This document shows positions 7,269-15,467 of a DNA stretch of 44,111 nucleotides, piece by piece. Source of the stretch: Candidatus Shapirobacteria bacterium (GTDB lineage Bacteria; Patescibacteriota; Microgenomatia; PFEM01; JBDRBL01). The translations under genes were made by a program, and so were the position numbers. The stretch covers positions 1-44,111 of the forward strand of contig JBDRBL010000002.1 in assembly GCA_043822685.1 (NCBI GenBank), given 5' to 3'. The first letter of the stretch is position 1. Each line of letters opens with the position of its first letter. Under the pieces are notes generated by a model that saw only the letters and a program-made list of their open reading frames with translations, was not told where the DNA came from and ran no database searches.

Positions 7269-7400
7269 GCGCGGCGTCAGCCGCGCCGGCCTGTCCGCCG
7301 AAGCTGAAAGCGAAGGCGGAAGCGTGGTGATCCCGATCAAATCGGGATGAGCTTACCTTTTTGAAAATAGTTCGAAGTTGTGCGTAAATAGAGCACAAAA
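7269..7400 (+). repeat. Inverted repeat B, right copy (attR: P arm + core), 132 bp
   Basis: Exact reverse complement of 6571-6702; extends 5 more nt with one mismatch. Confidence 0.97.
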
Positions 7401-7407
7401 AGATCCT

Positions 7408-7585
7408 CTATTTCGCCAACAGGAAATAAACACCGACGAAGGAAAAAACGAGGCCAAGAATAATCTTGAAAGTAATTTTTTCAGAAAAGAAAACAAAACC
7501 AGCCAGAGCAACAACTATCAGCGCAAAGATCCTAAAAAGAGGGAATATCGTTGAAATATTTTCTCCCTTGGCTAACAGTTTTCAT
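7408..7585 (-). pseudogene. C-terminal fragment of an EamA/SMR-like transporter
   Basis: Frame KLLAKGENISTIFPLFRIFALIVVALAGFVFFSEKITFKIILGLVFSFVGVYFLLAK* is preceded by TAA TGA; the ATG at 7585 is out of frame by 1 nt. Confidence 0.6.
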
Positions 7586-7591
7586 TACTTA

Positions 7592-8911
7592 TTACCCCTC
7601 CCTTTTCCGTGTCTCCATGCCGTAGAATTTGATCCGGTCGCCGCGGAAAAAGACTTTAAAGCGGCGCAGAGGCCCGTTGCGGTGCTTGGCAATCTCCAAT
7701 TCCACCTCCTCCAAAGCTTCTTCGTTTTCCCGCCACAGAAACATGACCACATCGGCATCCTGTTCAATGCTCCCCGATTCACGCAAATCGGAAAGCTGCG
7801 GCCGTTTTTTCCCGCGCTGTTCAACTAAGCGCGAAAGCTGGGAACAGCACAAAATCGGCACTTTTAATTCCCGGGCCAGATTTTTAAGACCCATAGAAAT
7901 TTCAGAGACTTCCTGAACACGGTTTTCGTGCGACTTGGCCGCCTGAATCAGCTGGAGATAGTCAACAACTATTAATTTCAAACCGTGTTCGGCCATAAGC
8001 CGGCGGGCCTTGGTCCGCATCTCCAAAACCGAGGCGCCGGGAGTATCATCGATATAAATAGGCGCTTCGGCCAGCTCCCCCATTGCCTCGGAAAGACGAG
8101 TAAAATCATCCGGATCCAGACGGCCGGTTTTCAACTTCCAAGCATCAATATCGGCTTGAGCAACCAACAAGCGATCCATTAACTCCTCCTTGCTCATCTC
8201 CAGCGAAAAAATCCCCACCGAAAGCTTCTCCTTAACCCCAACATGCTGGGCCAGACCCAGAGCAAAAGCGGTTTTACCGATACCCGGACGAGCAGCTAAA
8301 ATCAAAAGATTGGAATCCTGCATCCCCGCCAAAGCCGCGTCCAAATCTTTGAAGCCGGTCGCGACACCGCGCAGACCACTTCCCCGCTTGTGTAATTCGT
8401 CCAAACGATCGAAGCTCTCGGCCAAAATCTGTTTAACCGGGGTAAAGACCTGACGAAGATGTTTCTGGGAAAGGCTGAAAATCAATTGCTCGGCTTTGTC
8501 CAAAACCTTGGCCGCTTCCTGGCCTTCGTCAAAACCGGCTTGAGCAATCTTCCCCGCCGCGCTGATTAATTCTCTCTTGGTGTAATTATCTTTGACAATC
8601 CGGGCATATTCCTCAACGTGGGCCGCCGTAGGAACGCGGCTGACCAAGCCGGTCAGATAGACCGAGCCGCCGACAGCACTAGTCGTTTTATTTTTCTTAA
8701 GTTTTTCCTTGAGCGTTACCAGGTCAATCGGCTGACGATCTTCATAAAGCTCCAAAAGCGATTGATAGACAAGACCATTGGCATCGGTGTAAAAATGTTC
8801 CGGGCGCAAAAATTCGGCCACCGTGGTAATCGCGTCCTTGTCGATAAGAATCGCTCCCAAGGTGCAGGCTTCAGCTTCATCGGAGTGCGGCGGAATTTTA
8901 ATTTCGGCCAT
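7592..8911 (-). CDS. dnaB: Replicative DNA helicase
   Basis: PPHSDEAE, AARPGIGKT, VDYLQL, SQLSR and DLRESGSIEQDAD motifs. Confidence 0.99.
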   Translation of the reverse strand: MAEIKIPPHSDEAEACTLGAILIDKDAITTVAEFLRPEHFYTDANGLVYQSLLELYEDRQPIDLVTLKEKLKKNKTTSAVGGSVYLTGLVSRVPTAAHVEEYARIVKDNYTKRELISAAGKIAQAGFDEGQEAAKVLDKAEQLIFSLSQKHLRQVFTPVKQILAESFDRLDELHKRGSGLRGVATGFKDLDAALAGMQDSNLLILAARPGIGKTAFALGLAQHVGVKEKLSVGIFSLEMSKEELMDRLLVAQADIDAWKLKTGRLDPDDFTRLSEAMGELAEAPIYIDDTPGASVLEMRTKARRLMAEHGLKLIVVDYLQLIQAAKSHENRVQEVSEISMGLKNLARELKVPILCCSQLSRLVEQRGKKRPQLSDLRESGSIEQDADVVMFLWRENEEALEEVELEIAKHRNGPLRRFKVFFRGDRIKFYGMETRKREG

Positions 8912-9353
8912 CGAGCATCACCACTTCCCTTTCTTCGGGCAGTTTTCCGGCTTGGACAACCAGCTTGTCAATCGCCACAAGCGAAGAATCGGGCTGAGTC
9001 AGAACAAGATAGCGAGGCTCCACCTGACTGACAGAGGCACTTTCAGCTGTCGGAGCGAAAAGGACCGCCACTTCGTCAAATTGATCAAATACCTCTTCAG
9101 GCAATTTACCACTTTCGCCGCCGGCATAAACAAGACTTAAACCATCGGCAACAAGATGAAAAGTCAAAGAAGTGCCATGGGGATAAGCAAACACGGAAAC
9201 GTCAAGAACTTCATATTCACCCGGGGCCGTAATTTCAAAAGGCGACTCCCGCTTGGACGAAGTAATCGTCACTTTAGCCGGACTAACAAGAATCGTCACC
9301 TCTTTAGTACGAAGCCTAAAGGCAAGAAGAGTTGGCATAGAGGTAATTTCCAT
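8898..9353 (-). CDS. Degenerate metallo-beta-lactamase-fold protein
   Basis: AFRLRTK N-terminus and PGEYEV motif; no HxHxDH motif. Confidence 0.6.
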   Translation of the reverse strand: MEITSMPTLLAFRLRTKEVTILVSPAKVTITSSKRESPFEITAPGEYEVLDVSVFAYPHGTSLTFHLVADGLSLVYAGGESGKLPEEVFDQFDEVAVLFAPTAESASVSQVEPRYLVLTQPDSSLVAIDKLVVQAGKLPEEREVVMLDGRN

Positions 9354-9381
9354 GGCTTTAGCTTAACAAAAAAAAACTGGC

Positions 9382-9410
9382 TTGACAAGCACGTTTTTTT
9401 TAACTATAAA
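9382..9410 (+). promoter_or_regulatory. sigma70-type promoter
   Basis: TTGACA-17 bp-TATAAA, with ATG 7 nt downstream at 9418. Confidence 0.7.
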
Positions 9411-9417
9411 GATGGAG

Positions 9418-9849
9418 ATGAAAAAAGAAGTTGTCGGGATAATTATCTTCGGCTTTGTTCTGGGTTTAGCCGTAACTTTGGGAATTCGCACCGCTAACAC
9501 CTCGTTGAAAAAAGTCTCAATGGAGGAAATTAAACCGGCAGTACCAGAAGAAAAAACCAGTGAAGAAAACAAAAAGGAGCTGGAAATCAGCCTTGTTTCG
9601 CCCGAAGACGGCAGTGTTAGTAGTCAAGAAAAGATTGACGTAACGGGAAAAACAGGATCTAAAACGATAGTCGCCGTCATCTACCCGGACGGAGAAAAAA
9701 TCGTGGAGGCAGACGAAAACGGCGATTTCAAAACAGAGATTACTTTAATCGGCGGCGATAATGGAATCGAGGTTACCGCTTATAACGAAGAGGGCGATCA
9801 AGCCGGTCAGGCCATAAGCGTAATTTATTCGACGGCAAAGATTGAGTAA
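9418..9849 (+). CDS. Membrane-anchored Ig-like domain protein
   Basis: N-terminal TM; SPEDGS...VTGKT...ADENGDF...L..GDNGIEVTAYNEEG. Confidence 0.75.
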   Translation: MKKEVVGIIIFGFVLGLAVTLGIRTANTSLKKVSMEEIKPAVPEEKTSEENKKELEISLVSPEDGSVSSQEKIDVTGKTGSKTIVAVIYPDGEKIVEADENGDFKTEITLIGGDNGIEVTAYNEEGDQAGQAISVIYSTAKIE

Positions 9850-9856
9850 AAAACAA

Positions 9857-10498
9857 ATGCTAAAATTAAAAACAATCCTTTTTTTTATTTTTATCTTCAA
9901 CCTGTTTTGTTTTACTGGCCTGGCGCTGGCCCAGGAAGCGACACCGGCCGGAGAGGTTGACCAGGAGAAGATACAAGAAATCCGCGAAGCAGTTAAAGAG
10001 ATGGTTAAGGAAAAAATCGTGGCGCGCCAAATGCGGGGCTATGCCGGAGTGATCAATAAGCTAACCGAAACAGAATTGGTCTTGGAAACCGAAAGAAATG
10101 GAGTAAAAACCGTCTCCCTGACCAGCGGCACTCAAATTGTCAATAAGAGCAATCTCAAAGAAGGGGTCTACGCCATCGCGATCGGCATCATGGAAACCGA
10201 AGAAAAGCTTGAAGCCAAAAGAGTGGTGATAAGCCAAAAGCCAAAAACGGTAAAAAGGGTCGCCGCGGCCGGAAAAGTGATTGACATCAGCGCTGAAGAA
10301 AAATTATTGACGGTAAAGAACGAAAAAAGCGGCGCGGCCGTTACGATAGAAGTAAAAGACGAAAATAAATTTGCCCAAGTTAAAGCCGGCGACTGGGTAG
10401 TCGTCGTGGGAACTCCGGCGGTAGACAACAAACAGCTGCTAACCGCCAAAATTATCCACATTGTCCCCGATAATCCCTCCCCTACACCCTCGATTTGA
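9857..10498 (+). CDS. Secreted protein with tandem OB-fold-like repeats
   Basis: Signal peptide ending ALA-QE; two repeats ending in G....AKRV/AKII. Confidence 0.7.
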   Translation: MLKLKTILFFIFIFNLFCFTGLALAQEATPAGEVDQEKIQEIREAVKEMVKEKIVARQMRGYAGVINKLTETELVLETERNGVKTVSLTSGTQIVNKSNLKEGVYAIAIGIMETEEKLEAKRVVISQKPKTVKRVAAAGKVIDISAEEKLLTVKNEKSGAAVTIEVKDENKFAQVKAGDWVVVVGTPAVDNKQLLTAKIIHIVPDNPSPTPSI

Positions 10499-10523
10499 CA
10501 AAAGCTAAGATTTGGCTTAGAAT
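10495..10523 (+). promoter_or_regulatory. sigma70 promoter of the TA operon
   Basis: TTGACA-17 bp-TAGAAT, ATG 6 nt later; CTAAG...CTTAG dyad in the spacer. Confidence 0.75.
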
Positions 10524-10529
10524 AACCTC

Positions 10530-10817
10530 ATGAACATTATCACTGATAATATCAGAACTGTTACTGATTTGAGAGAGCAAACCATGCCTCTTCTGGAATC
10601 TCTTTCTCGACAAGAAGGGCCAACAGTTATCTTTCATCGTTCTCGGCCCAAAGCGGTCTTGTTATCAATTGCCGCCTATCAAAAATTAGTCGATATTTTC
10701 GAAGATTATTTTGACGAAGAATTGGCTTTAGAATTAGAAAAACAGCCAAAAGAGAAAGGCGTCCCTCTAAAACAAGTAATGAAAGAGTTGGGCATTAAAT
10801 CTCCTCAAATGGTATAA
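10530..10817 (+). CDS. Phd/YefM family antitoxin
   Basis: TVTDLRE...PTVIFHRSRPKAVLLSIAAYQKL; acidic C-terminus. Confidence 0.9.
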   Translation: MNIITDNIRTVTDLREQTMPLLESLSRQEGPTVIFHRSRPKAVLLSIAAYQKLVDIFEDYFDEELALELEKQPKEKGVPLKQVMKELGIKSPQMV

Positions 10818-11007
10818 TAAGATCGTTCAAGCCATTTACAAACTGCAAATGAATCCGTTTGCCGACGGGCTGGATGTTCGTCGTTTCCACCGTGCTCAAA
10901 AAAGCTATCGCATCAGAGCAGGCAATTTACGCGCTATCTACGAAATCAACACCCCTGAAAAAGAAATTTACGTTAGACACCTGGGCTATCGAGGCCAAAT
11001 CTACTAA
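10783..11007 (+). pseudogene. RelE/ParE family toxin, 5'-truncated (frame not in ORF track)
   Basis: YNKIVQAIYKLQMNPF...SYRIRAGNLRAIYEI...IYVRHLGYRGQIY*; in-frame TGA at 10780 and no start codon before the ATG at 10849. Confidence 0.75.
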
Positions 11008-11098
11008 AATTAATGCTGATTTGACAATTCCAAGGCGGAAAAATTTTACCGCCGATTGTTGGCGTGGATTGAAAATGGTATGATGCAGAGAGGGGATA

Positions 11099-12382
11099 AT
11101 GGCTAGTCAAAAATTGATTCAACCTGTCAAGGGCATGCGGGATTTCTATCCCGAAGAGTGGGCTTTTCAAAAGTGGTTTTACCGCCAAATTCAAGAAGTG
11201 GCGGAAAGTTTTGGTTTTCAAGAGTATGAAGGCCCCACACTTGAGCCGCTCGATTTATACGCCGCCAAATCCGGCGGAGAACTGGTTAAAAAACAAGCCT
11301 TTACGTTAACCGACAAAAACGGCAAGATTTTGGCCTTGCGGCCGGAAATGACTCCGACTTTGGCCCGCATGATCGCCCAAAAAGCCAATTCTTTAGTTTT
11401 TCCCATCAAATGGTTTTCCTATGGCCGCCGTTTTCGCTACGAAAACCCCCAGAAAGGCCGCGGTCGGGAATTTTTTCAGTGGGATTGTGATATTTTGGGA
11501 ACCGAAAGCCCCCAAGCCGATGCAGAGGTAATCACTATTGCCGCAATCATGTATCAAAAACTTGGACTTACTTCCCAAGAAGTTAAGATCCGTGTCAACG
11601 ATCGTCAATACTTGCAAAGCGAATTGCAAAAGATCGGCATTGATGACAACCTATATCTTTCCACTATCAAAGTCGTTGATAAAAAAGATAAAGTTACGCA
11701 AAAGGTTTTTGAGAAAATGCTGACTGAAGTTGGCCTGACACGCGTTCAGATTGCTGCACTGCAAAAAATCTTAGCCGACAAAAAAGGCTACCAGCAATCA
11801 GCTTGGCTAAAAAGCCTATTTGAAATTTTAGAAAAGACCGATATCTCGACCTACATTGAATTTGATCCCACCATTGTTCGAGGCTTGGATTATTACACCC
11901 GAACGGTTTTTGAAGGCTGGGATGTTAAAAGCAAGTTTCGCTCTATCTGGGGCGGCGGCCGTTATGATAATTTAACTAGTGATGTCGGCGCTAGCAAAAG
12001 AATTCCCGGGGTTGGTTTTGCCATGGGCGACATGACTTTATTGGAAGTCTTAAAGGCAAACAACAAATACCCTCAACTGAAAACTTGTCCTGGTAAAATC
12101 TTGGTAACGGTTTTTGAGAGAGGCCAAAAAAACGCTGAAGAGCTAGCGAAAAAACTTCGCGCCCAAAGGATAAAAACGGAAATTTATCTCGATCCGTCGG
12201 TAAAACTAGACAAACAGTTTAAATATGCCGATAAAAAAGGCATTGAGTGGGTGGCAATTATCGGTCCGGACGAGGCCAAAAACAACACGGTAAGCCTGAA
12301 AAATTTAATCACGCGAACGCAAGTCGTGGTTGCCCAAGAAGTAGTGATAAAAATATTGAAGAATAATGACCCGCCAGCGTAA
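11099..12382 (+). CDS. hisS: Histidyl-tRNA synthetase
   Basis: KGMRDF, LRPEMT, FRYENPQKGRGREFFQ, RGLDYYT and GGGRYD motifs. Confidence 0.99.
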   Translation: MASQKLIQPVKGMRDFYPEEWAFQKWFYRQIQEVAESFGFQEYEGPTLEPLDLYAAKSGGELVKKQAFTLTDKNGKILALRPEMTPTLARMIAQKANSLVFPIKWFSYGRRFRYENPQKGRGREFFQWDCDILGTESPQADAEVITIAAIMYQKLGLTSQEVKIRVNDRQYLQSELQKIGIDDNLYLSTIKVVDKKDKVTQKVFEKMLTEVGLTRVQIAALQKILADKKGYQQSAWLKSLFEILEKTDISTYIEFDPTIVRGLDYYTRTVFEGWDVKSKFRSIWGGGRYDNLTSDVGASKRIPGVGFAMGDMTLLEVLKANNKYPQLKTCPGKILVTVFERGQKNAEELAKKLRAQRIKTEIYLDPSVKLDKQFKYADKKGIEWVAIIGPDEAKNNTVSLKNLITRTQVVVAQEVVIKILKNNDPPA

Positions 12383-13193
12383 ACTTGCCTATTTAGCACT
12401 ACTGTCAGCCGCGGCCATATGGGGAGCAGCCCCACCGATAATCAAATATACCCTTGATTTCGTCTCCCCTACTACTTTTTTGTTCTATCGCTTTCTTTTT
12501 GTCAGTTTGATTCTTTTTCCCTTGGTAATCAAAAACATAAAAATCTTAAATTTTAAATATCTTTTAATCGGGTTAATCGGCACACCAATCAACCTACTTT
12601 TATTTTTTGAGGGCATCAAGCGCACTTCCGCCAGTGAAGCCTCAATTTTGGCTGTCTTATCGCCGCTTTTTGTAATCGCCGGTGGTTTATTTTTTTTACA
12701 AGAAAAATTAGAAAAAAATGAAAAAATTGGTTTGGCCATCGCCCTTGTGGGTATAACCTTAACCCTAATTCGGCCGGATTTAAATCACCAACACCTAGTT
12801 GGTAATCTTTTGGTTTTGGCCGGCAGTCTCACTTGGGCAGTTTTTACTTTGGGCGCCAAAAAATTTAAATTGGAGCCGGGCCTATTAACAGCAATTTCTT
12901 TTCTCTCCGGAATTTTTGTCGTTGGGCCACTAACAACCGCTTTTCAACTGCCGACATCAACTTGGCCGGGTATAATCTATATGACCGTTGGCGGTTCTGT
13001 AATCGCCTATTGGGCTTACAGCTACGGAGTTAAACAGATCGAGGCCTCGGAGGCGACTTTGTTTACCTATTTGCAGCCTCTTTTGGGCTTACCCCTAGCG
13101 CTCATTTTTCTACAGGAAAGTCTTGCCCCTTTGTTTCTGGTGGGCACGCTGACAATTGCTCTAGGCGTCATCATCAGTGAACTTCGCCGTTGA
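12366..13193 (+). CDS. EamA/DMT family transporter
   Basis: Two EamA repeats with about 10 TM segments. Confidence 0.9.
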   Translation: MTRQRKLAYLALLSAAAIWGAAPPIIKYTLDFVSPTTFLFYRFLFVSLILFPLVIKNIKILNFKYLLIGLIGTPINLLLFFEGIKRTSASEASILAVLSPLFVIAGGLFFLQEKLEKNEKIGLAIALVGITLTLIRPDLNHQHLVGNLLVLAGSLTWAVFTLGAKKFKLEPGLLTAISFLSGIFVVGPLTTAFQLPTSTWPGIIYMTVGGSVIAYWAYSYGVKQIEASEATLFTYLQPLLGLPLALIFLQESLAPLFLVGTLTIALGVIISELRR

Positions 13194-13225
13194 AGCTAAT
13201 GGGCTTTTGTTATATAATCCCAGAC

Positions 13226-13546
13226 ATGAAAGCCAAAATCCATCCTCTCTGGTATCCCGAAGCCAAATTTATCTGCGCTTGCGGTCATTCGTTTACTACT
13301 GGGGCAACCAAGGAAGAGATTCAGGTTGACATCTGCTACAAATGTCACCCCTTTTTCACCGGCGAGCAAAAATTCGTGGACATCCAGGGGCGGGTGGAAA
13401 GGTTTCAATCCCGGCAAAAAGCGGCCATGGCTAAACCTTACGTCAAAAAACAAGACCAGAAGCGATTAAAAAGAAAAAAGGCTGAAGAAGAAGAAAGAAA
13501 ACGACCTAAAACTTTGCGAGAGGTGCTGACTAAGACCAAAAAATGA
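13226..13546 (+). CDS. rpmE: 50S ribosomal protein L31 (Zn-binding type, long basic tail)
   Basis: MKAKIHP...CACG...[10 protein letters not shown]...GRVERF. Confidence 0.96.
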   Translation: MKAKIHPLWYPEAKFICACGHSFTTGATKEEIQVDICYKCHPFFTGEQKFVDIQGRVERFQSRQKAAMAKPYVKKQDQKRLKRKKAEEEERKRPKTLREVLTKTKK

Positions 13547-14259
13547 ACCAGGCGGCGATTGTTGAGATAAGAGGGGCAGCCGGCGGCGGCGAAGCCAATA
13601 TTTGGGCCGGTGATTTGCTGCGGATGTACCTTCGATTCGCCCAAAAACAAAATTGGAAAAACGACTTGATTGCCGAAAATACCCTAAGAATCGCCGGAGA
13701 AGACGTCTTTGGCCTGTTGAAAAACGAATCAGGTGTTCATCGAGTGCAGCGGGTGCCCGCAACCGAGAAATCAGGCCGCATTCACACCTCCACGGCAACG
13801 GTAGCGGTACTGCCGGAGCTCCACAACCAAATGATCGAAGTTAAACCCGGTGATTTGGAGTGGCAGTTTACTCACGCTTCTTCGCACGGCGGCCAAAACG
13901 TCCAAAAAGTGGCCACGGCTGTACGGCTACACCATCTCCCCACCGGTCTCGTGGTCACCGCTCAATCAGAGCGATATCAGGCCCAAAATCGGGAGATTGC
14001 TCTTAATTTACTCCGCGCCAAATTGTGGGAGCAGGAAGAATTAAAAAAGGAGCGCACGATTGCCGGTTATCGCTCCCCCATTGGCCGGGGAATGCGCGCC
14101 GAAAAAATCCGCACCTACAATTATCAGCAGGACCGGGTCACCGATCATCGCCTGAAAAAAAAACTTCCACCACTTACAGGCCATCTTGGACGGCGATTTG
14201 GAAAAAATTGTCAACTACTTAGCGAGTTAAATCAGTTACACCAAAAAAAGATCATTTAA
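13543..14259 (+). CDS. prfA: Peptide chain release factor 1, short form, with apparent frameshift at A9 (corrected end 14230)
   Basis: [14 protein letters not shown]...[11 protein letters not shown] (PxT), GGQ and EKIRTYN motifs; the conserved ILDGDL tail is in another frame. Confidence 0.92.
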   Translation: MNQAAIVEIRGAAGGGEANIWAGDLLRMYLRFAQKQNWKNDLIAENTLRIAGEDVFGLLKNESGVHRVQRVPATEKSGRIHTSTATVAVLPELHNQMIEVKPGDLEWQFTHASSHGGQNVQKVATAVRLHHLPTGLVVTAQSERYQAQNREIALNLLRAKLWEQEELKKERTIAGYRSPIGRGMRAEKIRTYNYQQDRVTDHRLKKKLPPLTGHLGRRFGKNCQLLSELNQLHQKKII

Positions 14260-14363
14260 ACAAACCATGTGTCACAACCGCCCAAATTCTTAGGGTACCG
14301 CAATAGCTACCTGCTCCCGACCACCCAGCCCCCTCGGTCTGCTCGGCGTTTTGAAGCGACACA

Positions 14364-15455
14364 TTAATCAGCCTGGTCAAGAGTTACCGTCAGCTCAACC
14401 TCTCCTTCTTCGCGCCAAACAACTATTTTAACCCACTCGCCTACTTTGCTTTGGGAAATTAATTTGGCCAAATCGCCTTCGTTTTTCCGCAAATCACTCT
14501 CTTTAAATTTAACGATAATATCGCCCTTTTTTACTCCCGCCCTGTCGGCAGGCGAAGCCGCCACTACTTCCCGTACATAGGCACCCTGCGGTAATTTGTT
14601 CATTAAAGCCAAGTCGCGGGTAATCATCTGGTAGCGAACCCCTAAAAAGGCGCGCTCAAACTTGCCGGTGGACTCAAAATTTTTCAATGTTTCTTTAACA
14701 ACATTAATCGGCAAGGCAAAACCGATACTTTGGCCGCTAACCGCCATCGCCACATTCACCCCAATCACCTGACCGGCCGAATTGAGAAGCGGGCCGCCGG
14801 AGTTGCCCGGATTAATGGCCGCATCTGTTTGGATTACATTATCCAGCTTTTCCGCACTGCTCTCATACAGCGAACCGGCGGTAATCCCCCGCCCCAAACC
14901 GGAAACTACCCCCACCGTGACCGTATGCCGAAACTCGCCCAAGGCGGTACCAATGGCAATCGCATACTGTCCCACTTTTAATTTATCCGAATCGCCCATC
15001 TCGATCGGCACCAAGCCCTCGCCGTGCGGCTCAATTTTTAAAATCGCCAAGTCATTAATCGGATCACGATAGATCTTTTTCACCTCGTATTCTTTATCAT
15101 CTTTGGTAATTACCCGATACTTCGCCTGGGTATCTTCAACCACATGTTTATTGGTCACAATCAGACCCTCTTTATCCACCACAAAACCACTCCCAATGTC
15201 CTGTTTAACTTCTTCTTGAAACAAACCCGCCCCAAAAGGGTCAAAAACCGGCTGATTTTTTGTCACCCCCACGGTGACCACGCCGGGACTGGCTTTTTCC
15301 GCAACTTCAATAATAACCGATTCTTCGGTCAAAACGCGCTGATTAGTAATAATCGTTGTCGAAGGTTGTTTTAGCCAGGCAGCGCGGCCCAACAAGGCAG
15401 CCAAAACAAAAATACCAATCGCCAAAGCAATCAAAAAACGTTTTAATTTAAACAT
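14364..15455 (-). CDS. htrA: HtrA/DegP-like serine protease with PDZ domain
   Basis: GSGF, TNKHVV, DLAILK and QTDAAINPGNSGGPL motifs; C-terminal PDZ. Confidence 0.95.
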   Translation of the reverse strand: MFKLKRFLIALAIGIFVLAALLGRAAWLKQPSTTIITNQRVLTEESVIIEVAEKASPGVVTVGVTKNQPVFDPFGAGLFQEEVKQDIGSGFVVDKEGLIVTNKHVVEDTQAKYRVITKDDKEYEVKKIYRDPINDLAILKIEPHGEGLVPIEMGDSDKLKVGQYAIAIGTALGEFRHTVTVGVVSGLGRGITAGSLYESSAEKLDNVIQTDAAINPGNSGGPLLNSAGQVIGVNVAMAVSGQSIGFALPINVVKETLKNFESTGKFERAFLGVRYQMITRDLALMNKLPQGAYVREVVAASPADRAGVKKGDIIVKFKESDLRKNEGDLAKLISQSKVGEWVKIVVWREEGEVELTVTLDQAD

Positions 15456-15467
15456 TTATATATAATA

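Larger units (their letters stand above)
4926..7400. mobile_element. Minimal integrative element (serine recombinase + XRE + small peptide) at the tRNA-Leu 3' end, with an internal inverted attP copy
   Basis: 8-bp direct repeat GCACAAAA at 4926-4933 and 7393-7400; AT-rich coding interior; recombinase gene; host sequence resumes after 7400. Confidence 0.88.

Noticed and set aside
11035-11054. Imperfect palindrome GGCGGAAAAATTTTACCGCC before hisS
   Set aside because: There is no U-tract and only one occurrence, so it cannot be called as a terminator or operator.
14267-14364. SRP (4.5S) RNA
   Set aside because: GAGCAG is present but the CAGG-GNRA-GGAAGCAG helix 8 cannot be built; kept only as an unassigned candidate.
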